Made by a program: the position numbers and the translations under genes. Shown piece after piece: positions 36,087 through 49,100 of a DNA stretch of 64,000 nt; the first letter of the stretch is position 1; every line of letters begins with the position of its first letter. The DNA is from Balanoglossus misakiensis. Taxonomy: Eukaryota > Animalia > Hemichordata. The stretch lies in the NCBI GenBank assembly GCA_040954595.2, contig CM082576.2, positions 1,896,760 through 1,960,759 on the forward strand. The letters are read 5' to 3'. A model generated the notes under the pieces. That model was not told the DNA's origin, did no database searches, and saw nothing but the letters and a program-made list of their open reading frames with translations.

Positions 36087-38275
36087 GAGCGTACGTCAAG
36101 GTTTGTGTATACATCCATAGGGAATCAGCATCACCTATATAATTACACTTCCTGGCCCGCTGAGCAGTCGGCCTGGAGTTAATATGCTGATAAATCTCAC
36201 ATGGCCCTAGAGGATATACAGCATTTAAACGCAGGAAGCACAATAATGGCCCGATTCACCATTAAATGAACTAATATATGCACAGCTTCTGTGATTGTTA
36301 CAGACGACACGTGATGTACTAACGGAAATGAATGGACTGATTTTCATCAGTGGAAAGCAAAGTCACAGAACATGCGAACAAGGAACAGATGAATATTGCG
36401 TCTCATGAGGTGTCATCAGATATTCACACCCACAAATTCAATTTGAGAATCATACAACCTTGTCACGAATTTTCGCTAATTCAAGTCAGATTCAATCGAC
36501 ACAACATCGCCTTTCTTTGTTTGTCTTTCTAATATGACTACAATACCAATCAATAACGTTCACCATGATATTTGCTCTGTATCTCAAAGTTCCAAATCCC
36601 TTCGCTGAAGGATTATTGAAATTAATTTTAGCATGGACACACCACTCACGAATAAGTACACGTACGCGTTTGGGGGGAAGGATTACTGGTAGAATTATTA
36701 AAATCCTTCTCTGTCCTTTTCAAGTATTGCTTCGTTCTCTTTTAAAGTCTTAACTTACGAGAAAAGAAGATTACCACGGCCCACCTACGTCAATAGTTGG
36801 GGGGGGGGGGGTAATTTCCCACAGTAAAGGTTTTAGCTCGCAGTGAACATTTACCGTTGCGCAGTTTCAACAGTCGGAATCTGTGAAACGAGCGGCGGAC
36901 CTCAACAGGTTGGCTACACACCTATCGTTTGCCGGCGTCTCTTGCATTGCAGATATTAGAATAGTTTTCGTCCATTTTCACCAAATTGTCAGAATCAAAA
37001 TCAATTTCCTGTCTGCTACTTTAAGTTGGGAAAGATAAATCTTAGCCATATGATGTGGAAAATATCTGCTTGTATTCTTGTTTGAAATGTTGACTTAAGA
37101 TGACCCAAGAAATATTGAACAAGCGAAACATTCAATAAAGAAACAGATATCGCATGTGCTACATATAGAATAAAGCATCACGTGATTAGCTTAGGCCCAT
37201 ATATTTTCTTCATTTTATCTGAAATCGATACTCCATTATTTTTAACGATTAAGTGTGGTCACCTGTATTTTATCAGAAAGAGGGAAAACATTTTGTTCTA
37301 TCTAAGACAATCGCACAAACTAAAGGCCCCAGTTTGTACTTTTGAAGTGATCTTGTCCCAAGGAAGACCACGGTCTAACAGATCGAGGCGACCTTTGACC
37401 CTTATTTAAGGGTCTGTAAATGTGCACGTATTCGAATCTTCCAGAGTTTTTATCCTGTTAACCTTCTATCTTTATGCGTTGCTATGGTAACCAAGTCATG
37501 ATAATCACAGAAAAATTCGAGTGACGTACATATTGCAGCGCTGGAGGCTGCGTGTCAAGACAAAAAATTCTCGTTCCTCTCTTCTGGGCTTCCGACTCAA
37601 TTATCGTTCATTTCTCGGTTCTAATCGACTCTAATCGATTAGCTTATCGTGATCAAGTCACCAAGCACTGTAGTTTCAATTCGCTTTAAGCTTTCGCTCT
37701 GAGTGAGTTTCCATGTCAATTAGAATTTTAAAAGTCGCATTACTGTTTCATTTTACCGTACCGTAACCGTCCTTGGGTGGCCAAGATTTACACCAGAAGG
37801 AATTGCAAGAAAAAAACACGAGGCCAAGTAAAAATTGATTCTAAATAACTGATATGTCTGTCCGTAAAAGTGTCTCTCTTTGATATCAGTTTTTTTCTGA
37901 ATGTATATAGAATGTGCTCTTCAGCAAAACATGATAAAATTTCAAGACTGATTTTCGAGGTGTATACTACTATCTGACGCATGCGCGATTCACTGCAGTG
38001 TCGCTTTAAAAATTAAAACGAAGCAGTTCAGACAAATGTCGGTTGATTAAATTTTATACCACCAGCTGTAGTGGGATTAAACTAAACTTTTTACAAAATA
38101 TAACATTATTTTTAAATTTTGTTCGTCTTATCGAGGAAATATATATGCAGTTGTAGAATGTGGATAGGTTAACATGTATCTAATATTTCCATTTAATGCA
38201 TGCTTTATAGGCGCATGAAGTTGTTGACAGAAAGAAAGAATAAATAAATAAAAATAAGCTAGCAGAAAGAAGTTA

Positions 38276-38590
38276 ATGGATAAATATTGACCAAAAACTA
38301 ACAACTCCTTGTCCTAAATGACCACTGATGTAAAGGTGAAGTGGTTCTTGGGTTATCGCGGCGAAAATTATGACCAAACAAGGAGTTGTATGCCCAAACT
38401 CTGGATAAATATTGACCAAAACCTGCACAGTAGCTCCTTGGCCCCGAAGTGACCTCTGGGGGAAAACTTCAAGTGTCTGGGTCAACTGAAGTGGTTCTTG
38501 AGTTATCGTCCATGCGAGTATTTGATGATCACTGCTGCTGCGGCGGCAGAGCTCAAAACATATTGTGCCCTTCCTCTTTTCAAGGATACT
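38276..38590. repeat. Degenerate interspersed repeat with internal duplication
   Basis: TGGATAAATATTGACCAAAA...CTCCTTG...TGAAGTGGTTCTTG.GTTATCG occurs twice (about 38277-38358 and 38402-38508). The style resembles cores of HINE-like elements. Confidence 0.55.
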
Positions 38591-39442
38591 GCGATTTAAA
38601 TCTTGCACCACGTTGACTCATTAGTATAACCGAGATTTTCGATCCAGGAAAGGGCGAAAGGCAAGGTCGAAACACTGAATACAGTGAAGTCTGAGAGTCT
38701 GGTACATTTATCCCAAAGAGAACAACTTTTTACTCTGTTTCTATTGATCTGACCGACCCAAACCCGACATGGAAATAAACAAAAAATAGTTTTAGCTGGA
38801 TGTCGATATGTAAACTTTATTTAAGCAAGAAAAATCTTTGATATTTAACCAAACACATGAGCTAAAATGAATAACAAGCATCTGGCTTCAAATGTCTCTG
38901 ATTTTAAAAATTGATACCTTTCGAAGTTTCATATTTAATACCGTAACGTCATATTTCCTTTCTACTTCCGTCACTGACTTTTACTTCATCCTGTCGGTTT
39001 TACGAACATTGGTGAAAAACAACCTAGAATTATCTCTCCTTCGGGCATCTTCTCAGTGACATGTCAAACCAATGCTATTATAATGTAGGTGTACATGCAA
39101 AGCTTGGTGATTTACATGTACTTAACATTTAACTAAGTTTTGTGCAATGATGGCGACTGATTCGATCGGATCATGCCAGAACAATCGTGTACGATAAGAT
39201 TCGTTAGTTTCCACGGATGACATCCAGTGCAAAAAAGTTCTGTTTTACTTTTAGTTTATGCAGCATCTTCAATCGTAAACAGCGCCCCCAACTCAACGAT
39301 GAGAATTAATGGTCGAGGATGATTCACTATTGAATGCGTATCCTTTAAAGAATCCAGTCACTCACTTCCTTGTTGAATATCTGTATAACTATACATCAAA
39401 AATGGCACTCTTTCACACAACTTTTATGTGGAGACCAAAATC

Positions 39443-39448
39443 TTTATT
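39443..39448 (-). terminator. Candidate polyadenylation signal for SIPA1L
   Basis: AATAAA on the minus strand about 710 nt past the stop, ending an AU-rich 3'UTR and followed by a GT-rich tract. Confidence 0.55.
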
Positions 39449-40159
39449 GATTCATACCCGCTGACCAATCTTAGTTCACAGTCAACACTCTCACAGACTC
39501 TCTGCCTCTATGAAATACGAACAAACTCATTGATCCTAGTTTCTTGTATCAAAACAATGTGAACTTTCAAATGTACTTTGAATAGGAATTTCAAGTTTTG
39601 ACAAGTTGAAATTTTGAATATCAATCTTAAATAAGACACTTTGTACACTTCAAAATTAGATATAAATAGCATTATAATAGGTTTTTTTCAAATCATAACA
39701 AACTTTAAGTAATAATTTCCTATGCAAAGCTTGTATATTAAATACACATGCAACAAGTACGTTTTTGTTGTAAACCACAGATGTCCAAATTCTTTGATAC
39801 ATTTTAAATAATTAGATCAATTTGAAGTTATCTACATATGGAGGAATTTGAAACAAAAAAAGTTTTCAAATCTTCTTTACAACAGGAAACTGGAAGAATA
39901 ACTGTAAACGTGAAATTAAAATTTGAATGCAGAATGATACATTTTGATTTGGGGAGATATAATACTTAAGTCCATTTACTGCACTGTACAATGGTACATT
40001 CATCAGATGTACACTTGGATACACTTGTTCTACAAGTGCATGTCAAAAAGGAAATTGAGGGAAAAATGACTTATGACTGTTTTTCTACTTTCTATAAAAA
40101 TAAACTAAGTATATGACCTGCACATGTACAAATTTTTTTCTTGTTTTTGACTTGTTTAA

Positions 40160-43100
40160 CTATTGCCTGTCAATGGTGTTGAAAAACCATTCAGTAAATT
40201 TGCGAAGTTGAGCTGCAGCTGTTTGCGATTCATCTTGAAGTCTGACGTTGTCCTCTTTCAATTGATCCACTTGTGCTTCAAGCGCTTTGCGTTCGTTTCT
40301 CTCCTGAAATGCAACAACAGTTGACATTAGAAATTTTAAAGTATTTTGCATTTGGCATACAGAAATTGGCTAATCAGTCATTTTTGATTTCCTCAACTGT
40401 GAACTGTTGAAGTTCAATTGCAGAGATACCTACCTTTGAAAGCTGCCTGGTCAGATGTAATAATTGCATTCGAAGATCGCTTTCAGAAAACTCTGCTTCT
40501 TTTTCTTCTCCACCGCTACAGAGAAATAATCAAAACGAAATTATGAGCAACTTATGGAAGGCACACAAAAACAATTTCAAAAGCATGTCCTAAATACAAC
40601 AGTGGCCACTAATGGTTGCTTTGTGGCTCAGAAGCATTCCTGTTGATCCAAACTATAATTGAATATCTGTTAGAGTAACAATTGCATACCTTCTGATTTT
40701 TCTTGATGGTCCATTGTACTGTTCTGGACTACTGGACAGGTCAAAGTCTGGCATTGTGTCCGCAATTTCATCCAGTGTACCCACAGATGCTGATTTAATG
40801 CTCTGCATATCCAAACCTAAATCAAATAAAATATCTTTTAGTGGACACCTTAAGTGAAAAATACTACCGGTACACGTAATACATCCAATTACATCTCTAA
40901 GATTCAGTGTAGTTTTTCAAGCATGCAGATAACACCAAGGACAACCACCATGACTGTACCACCATATTGCAACAAACTTTGTGGTCTCAAATTTTGACAG
41001 AAAGTGGTGTGTTTCTCACCTTCAAAGCTTTTAGCTGTTTCAACCAGACTTGACCATTCCAAGCCTGATCCTTGGTCCGGTAGTGGAAAGATTGATCCTC
41101 CAGTATTACCACTGACCACTGTCTTGTCTACATTTCTCTCTTTCCTTTCTGCTGTGTGACAGAGAGTAAAACATTAGTCCCACGTGAATATCATTTTGTT
41201 ACTGAAAATACCTGTCTCTTTACTTTGATAGTTGTATTCAAGAATTACACCTGCATACATGTAACATTATCATCATCATTATCATCATCATCATCATCAG
41301 GATGGGAACTTCATAAGTTTAATTACACAACACCATGGCAATTTGTTGCTATTCTAATATTATATTTATTCATAACTACTGGAAAATGGTGGAATTTCTG
41401 AAAAGTGTATCTGTGTAGTCCCTCACCAGCAATATTTGTTGTTTCAGCAATCATTCTTGAAGGAAAGGTTGATTTTTGAGTACTGGTGAAAACAAGGTTG
41501 TCAGTAATATCCAGGGTTGGGTCACGTCTTGGTTTTCTTGTGGTGCCACCTCCAGAAAGACTTTCATCTGATAGTGTGCGTTGCAGTGTTAGCCTGCTGT
41601 ACGCTGGCAGGCTTGGAGACAATGTACCAGTTCTTCTTGGCTATAGAGACATAAAAACAAAAGAAATTTCTTTGACGACATCAAAATACACACAAGCAAA
41701 ACAAATATACAACTTAGTTTTGATTGCCTGTCACATTTGACTTTGATCAGTGCTCAAAAAAACAAAAGCGAAAAACTGCCTCAATAACTTACAGCAAATA
41801 AGAAACAACTTGCACAAATTCAAAGGCAAAAGACCTCACAATTATATGCTACATGTACCACACTGCAAATCAAGGATTACTGTCAGTGACATTTTAGCCT
41901 AAATACCGGATTCATTGCTGAGAAGACAAAATTGCCCCTTCCATTAACCACTGCTCTCGTTATATTTGTTGTAACTAACAGAGATGGAAAGTAATGGATC
42001 ATCTTTTGTATGTACAAGCTTATCATCAAATATTCAGACCTTCAGTATGATTACATGTAAGAGCTTACGACTGAATATTTAGCTAAGAAGAAAATACTGC
42101 ACTGAATCTAATCTGTACTTGAAGGTCTAACATTTATTTGGCATAAGTATTTTACAGTTGAGCTGAAAATCATCGGATGGTAAAGGTTAATGCATTATTA
42201 TGAGCCCAATAATGAAGACAGCATGTGATAAAAACACTTTTATGAACAACTTTGTCATTCAATCCATGGATAAAGAAAAAACATCATAAAATATTGAATG
42301 TTTACATTTGATTAAAGGTCAAAGAGAATATCAATGAAAACAGCTCAACGTGAATGGATAAAGATGTAGTATTGAAGAGAACTTCAAGTCTTATAGCAGA
42401 AGATATTGCATCATTTTAATCATTTATTCCAGCTTTCTTTCAAGAATGATAAAATAAATATATTTAAGTATACTAGAAGTTCAGCCTGAAAACCCAAATC
42501 TAGTGCTTGGGGACAGAACCCAAGGTGAATGGGAACAAAGCCTCTTATCTTTTTTGCATTAAATCCATGTAAAGGGCAAAACAGCAGTTCTGCAGAAAAA
42601 TAACTTGCAGTTTCCTGAAACCCTTTCAGATACAAAAGTGAAACTTATGCCATCAATGAAAGTAGGTTGGTTTCAAGAATTAATTTCTTTGTGATTCTAA
42701 CCGTCACACAAGACATTTTGCAAGGGGGGAAATTCAAGGATTTCAAAAACAAGCATCTCAAAACAGTCTGCATGACTTGTGCTACATGTCCATTACTATA
42801 ATCACATTGGTAAAGCCAGCCTTTGTTAACTCACTGATTTCATTCTGACTATATAGATATCACCATTATATATTGCGGTCCCCTATTGATCATGTGTCAT
42901 ACCACTTTTCTCTGTAATTTCACCAAAAAATAGACAATAGATGCCTAAAAACATGCAAAAATACTGAATTGTGCAATTTATATAAAAATATAAAATATAT
43001 TCAAAAAAAAAAAAGAATTTAACAAAACAACTCACTAGATTTGTCAGTCTACAATGTCAAGATCAACAGATCCCTAGTTTAAATAGATGACAAAACAGCA

Positions 43101-46100
43101 CACTGATAGCTTTGTATTAGTTATTAGTTGCCAAAGCAGAGGGTCACGTTACCATGGGGTTTTTGTTTTTACTATTTACATTTTTTTTTCTTTGTTTTGT
43201 TTGTTTTTGTTTCTTAGCTTTTCATTTGATTTCCCAGGCAGTGATGAGACTGTTGATTCATGCATGGATTTGGCGCGACAAGAGGCTGCAGTGCAAAGAT
43301 CTCCATGCAACTACAGCCTGATGCGAAATCGTGGAAACGGTATTTACCCAATGGCGAGGGAAGCCTGGAAAAGTGTCCTGAAATAAGCTGAACTGCCTAG
43401 GTTGCCAGAGTTGGTATCTAATCTTGACCTTGCCACGTCTGCTCTGATATTTAAGCTGACCATGACTCATAACCCTGGTCTGCCAGTGCCAGACACTGGG
43501 GAACCCGGGGAAACAGGCCCGAAACAAGTTGGCCTGTCTGTGCCTGCGACGTCTATGAAGAGAGTTCATAATATTCACCTGTGAGACTGGCTTGACTTCC
43601 ATCTCTGTGATGTCTGGAGTGATCAATTTCAGCAGGTCTTCCTTGACAGTGCTGGTCTGTGCTCGTTGCTGTTTGTGAGCAGATCTTGGAGTTGCCCCTG
43701 GTCGTAGTCGGCTTGTCAGGGACTCACTGGATGAGACGCGACTGTAACAGACACCATGCCAAAAACATACACTTACACTTCACAGTACAATAAAGACAAA
43801 TGATGCAAAAGAACTGCCCAAGTCAACAAATATGGGCCTTTAAATAGTGAATATCATAACAGTGTTCTCACTTACCCTGATAGAGGACTATCAGTATCCC
43901 GACTTGACGTTCTCTTCTTCATAACGTCCCTGATCTCTGGACTTGCGGCATGTAGCTTCCTTCGTGCTAACTGCGGACTTCTTGTCAAAGAATGCACTTG
44001 ACTGTGGTAACCCTGTCTGGACCTGTTTGAAGTTGAACTGCCAGAATGCGTGGATGTATCGCTCAGATTAGTCAAGCTGGCCAGGGGTCTGTCAAAGGCA
44101 CTGTTTTCCGACTGGATGGGCAGTGGCTGCTTGGCATCCAAATCCCGATCTCTGGGTGGATACGTCTTGTGAAGGTACGAGGTGGTGGCCACTTTATGAT
44201 TGGACTGCATCAAGTTGTCGACACTTGTGTAAGTGTGTCTATCACTGGGAGGTCTCTCAGGAACATCAGAGTTACTGTAACTGCTTGGGATGCTGTCGTA
44301 GGTGTCGTGAGAAATGGTATCATGAGAGACGGTGTCATGAGAGATGTTGTCGTAACCAGTGTCTGTTGAACCTTCTTTGGGTGGATCGTCATGGGTAAAG
44401 CTGCCATCATGAAGTTCATCACCAGTGTCGTACCATTTGTCATCACTTGCTCCAGTGCTGTTGCTTGTACTGGTACTTGTCAGAGATGTGTCCCCACTAG
44501 ACACAGACATACTCGTAGCATGCTGTAAGAAAACCACAGTGTTTAGTAACGGTATTCTAGGCCAGCAAACATGTAACCTACTAACACACATACCAATAAT
44601 TATATCATATATCAGATTTGTTGAGTTTGCATTTGTGGCTGTAAGACTCAATGCTTCATGGTACTTACTCTTACTGGAGTGCGTTTTTCAGCTTCAGCAA
44701 AAGCAGACGCAGCACTGCAACTCAGAGGCAGTCGACTCATGGCATTGGTCTGTTTGGCATCATGATATGCTGCTCGGTTCACAAATTGTGGGTCTTGCAG
44801 TCCGTGCCTGTTTGCATAGGCTTGCATATTCTGGACATGTCTTTGGTTTTTGCTGTTTCTGCCACTTTGTCTTTCATGGGACTCTCGCGCAAACTGCACA
44901 TCAAGTTCTCGAGGCGCTTTGCCTGTATCCTGGACTGATCCGTGATCCCCATCATGGTGAGTCCGGTGTGATCTCTCACTGGACGTTTGCCGGTGTTTTC
45001 CCCGGTAGCTAGAGTCTGACTTTGCTCTCTCCTCCCTCCTCTTATCCTCTTCTTCTGCATTGAATTTCTGCTCCAGCTTGGCAACGACTGCCCTGACTTC
45101 ATTGTATGAGGGAGGCAGGTTGTCCCTCTTTGAGGCTGAATAGTCCGGAGGTGGTCTGTGTTTTCTGTCACTTCTTGGAGGGGTCAACTTACTGCCAGTC
45201 AGAATGGAGGCAGGAGAACTTGATGCTCTACTGTGTGGACTGACATCTGGAAACAAAAACAGCAAAAAGAAATTGTATTTTAATACACTGAACTATGTTG
45301 GATTGATACAAATACATCGAGAATACATTCAAATGTGTGTTCAGGTTTCCAAATGGATGACAAATGCAGGTCTTCACATTGGACAGCTATCATAACTTTT
45401 ATCATTCATGTAACAATTTTCTACTCAGATCCCCTCAAGCACCAAACTCAACTACGTACAGGTGCATGTAGCCCATAAGTAGCTCTTTCCAAAGTACCAG
45501 CTTGTAGTTATGAGTGTTCCCAAAGTGCCAGTGCTGAGTTGGGATTGCCATGAAGTAGGTAGGATTTGAAAGTGCAAAAAACGTGACAGCCCCCATTTTT
45601 GTAGCTTTAAGCGGTCACACATTTTCCATCAAGACAGCCTGCAGTTTATGCTGTACTTGTTACGGTTCAGAAGACATTACGTCAGCAATAAGCTCAGTCA
45701 ATTAGCTCTTTCTTGTTTGTCTAAACTAACCAAGCAGCAAAATGTCATAGGTGAGTGCCAAGTATTGAGGGAGGGGGGGGGAGAGAAGGAGGGGGAAGGG
45801 CTGACAAAAAGCAACTTCTCTCAGTTCCACGGGCTCCCACGGCACACAGATGTCAAAACTAGGTCAGCAAAGGTTTCCTCAATTCACTAATATGCATGAT
45901 TCTTGCTTGTTGCATGGGTAATTGAGATTTCAGACAAATGATAAGATTCCATATCAGATAAAAGTAATCACACGCTACACCACATCCCACAGGTTGTAAC
46001 TATCTTCATCTGAAACTATATTGCTACCTTGGGGACTAGGTCAAATACAGGACACGGTATATTTTATCTCATCATAGTCAGACATTGACCCATCTCTCTT

Positions 46101-49100
46101 CTCTCTCAGAAATCAACAAGAAACCTAATAGACACTGTTTTTTCTATCATTTTATTTTAATATGATGCTATCTGCCACGATCTGGGGTACATGAAAGTGA
46201 AACCACACTTTTCCATTTCTGTAACACACACCGATGAACAGCACCGTGAAGGTGTGAGCTCAATATCATAACTGTCTCAAATAACTTGACAAAGGTTGTA
46301 GCATAAAAACCTTTAAAAGCATATGCCAGGGCTAGAAGGCAGAATAAGATACTGAGTAGTATGTATCAGTTTGGGATCACTTGATTGTCATGGAAATAGC
46401 AGCATCTTGGGAACTATTGCCGCTCTCAAAGACATGCTTCATTTGTTTCAGATGTCATTGGAGACTCCTTATCTGCAAAGCTGCAACATCAGATCTCTCT
46501 CCCTTGCCGCGTTCCGTGGTCAAAGACATGATGAATGGCCTTCAACAGACACAGAATTTTAAATATCATGGCATCTTGATTGAAGAGGATGCACTTAAAA
46601 TTATGGATTATTATGCAGGAAAGGGGAGTAGGGAATTCGATCGCAGTTAGGTGTGGTGGTTTTATAGTTATCAGCTTCCAGATCAGGTATTCACTTTTTG
46701 TCTCAGGTAACTCAGCCAAAATCAAGTTTACAGTTTAAGTGTTTTGAAGAAATATATGCCGAGACTATAAATCAATCCAGATTTCAGTTGTGGGGTGAAT
46801 TTCTAGAATGACATGAACGTGCAGCAGTTTCCCAACAGAGCAAGCTTGAAACGTGATGATTGTCTACCCGGAGGCAGAAATCTTACACAGGAAATGAAAT
46901 GTGATACCAGGCAGGTGAGCAGGTGATAAGATTTGTCACAAAGGCAATATATATCACTTGACCTTTGACCATTCTCAAGATGAGCACCTGAGGACTTCAA
47001 TGATACGAAGGTGACATGTTGCACACGACAGTATGCCTTTCACACATCACAGATGATTGAATCTCAGAATTATTTTCTTCCAGGCAACTATACAACTCAA
47101 ATATCATTGGGACTGTATTGTATTAAAGGCAGTCATCATTTGCCATGTCTTCATCTCTCCCAAGTTCTGGTTTCCAAAAGCACCTTTCCATTGTGTAATG
47201 GATGGTTATCATATGTACATACTTCTCTCTTTCAACATAGGTTGATTACTGTCACATTTTGTGCATGTGACCTTTTGCTTTCAGAGGTCCCCAAAGCAAT
47301 AGTATTGTCTCCTTCAAGCTGAGAAATGTGTCCCTTTAAAAAGTTTACAACTTTCTTCCTGGCCAAGACAATTTCGAAATCCCCACTGCTACACATTCAG
47401 GAATTGTCTCATCATTTAAAGACTGACAACACTAATCTCATAATGCTGCAGTTAATGAAAAACAAAGCTCCAGTACAGTGGGACCTTCATGATATAAAGT
47501 GTACACTTTTCTGGACAAGAATTCAATTGAACACTGGGGAACTCAAAACTGGACTCTTATTCTTTCTAGTCATCACCCTTCTGTGGCGATGGATTATCAT
47601 GTCATAATTGTCTGATTACACGAGATAAAAATGCCAGCTGAATAACAATGACCAAAGAACAGGCAGAAATACTCTTACCCCTTTCGGTGATGTACGGTGT
47701 TGCTGGTTGAAGCTTTGACACTTTACTGCCCTGACTTCGATGGGCAATTTCCAGTGGCAGATAATTGCCCAGACTTCCAGTCAACTCCACAGTTGGCACT
47801 CCCCTGGAAATGAAAACAGACATCTTTCATGTCAGTTTGTTCTGAATACCATTTTTTATATATGGTAAATCACACCAAGTCCACTGAGTGGCAATAAACA
47901 TTGCCATTATGCTCATGGCTTGCTTTGTGAGTAAAGTACCTTTAACAATTTCTAATAATGATGAAGACAATAATGAAGACAAATGACATACCTCCTAGGA
48001 GTTCCATCTTCGTGAGGTGGAATGATGACAACTTTGACGGTCATCGATGTCCTTAACAAGTCTATCATCTGATCATGGGTCAGAGTACACACTGCTACCT
48101 TACAGATCTGTCAGTAGACAGGAAAATAATCAGTGATGACTATTATAACTCTGATGACATTCAAAATGTGGCAGTCAAATTTTGAACTGTTAAAAATGAT
48201 GTGCATGTACATCCTTGTTGAGGCATACCAAATGAAATTCACTACCAGATGGAATGCTACTAGCAATGAGGGGAACCTGTAGTGTTTGTCCATAAAATGT
48301 GAGGTATGATACAAAGTGAAAAGTATTACGTACTTCAACTAGTCTGCTTCCTTTTCTGAGACCAGCTTGCCAGGCAAATCCATACTGTTCAACTTCAGCC
48401 ACCAATCCCTGGTAGTGTACATGAAACCCCAGCTGTCCAAGTCCATTTCTTCTCAGGGTGATCTCATTTGTCTGTGGATGTTAAAACATTTGTATGTATG
48501 ATTATGATATTACATGAAAATCACTAATACTCTTTAACCCCATCACTAACAATACCAGTCATAGTTTTCATCCATATGATATCCTGATAAGATAACATCA
48601 GTTCACATGGCATACCCCAACCAAAAGAAAGCATACAATATTTTAGACTTAGTGGGGGAGGCAAGTATCCTGGAAATAAATACCCTGGAGGAAACTATCC
48701 TAGAACTACCCCAATGGCAAAAGGTAGCCTCTCACTCAGCTACTTCCCTGACAATGAAATTCACTTTGTTATGGGCAGGTGTTAAGTTGAATTTATTACC
48801 TCGCATCCATCAGTTACTAAATCCAATCTATTGACAACAGCTTGTACTTCGTCCATGTCATTATCAGCACAGTATACCACAAGACATTCACCTTCATTGT
48901 AGTACAGTTTGATACTGTAGGGGAAAAAGCAAAAGAAGGCAATAACCACATCTGTTAGTGGGTTTATGATACGTATTTATGAGAACAAAGACCCTGAACT
49001 CCACACACACTATGGCACAGAAACACAATATAACCCAAACAATTTGTTTGCATATTTCCATCACACACACAAACTACATCTGTAGATAAACTAGGTGACA

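Noticed and set aside
35923-36243. ORFs with HNTTQ / VVLCC repeats
   Set aside because: Translations of the (CACAA)n microsatellite.
37320-38010. Possible TTAA-target DNA transposon (TAAAGGCCCC... to ...CGCTTTAA)
   Set aside because: The ends look like transposon termini but are not reverse complements of each other; at most fragments of different repeats.
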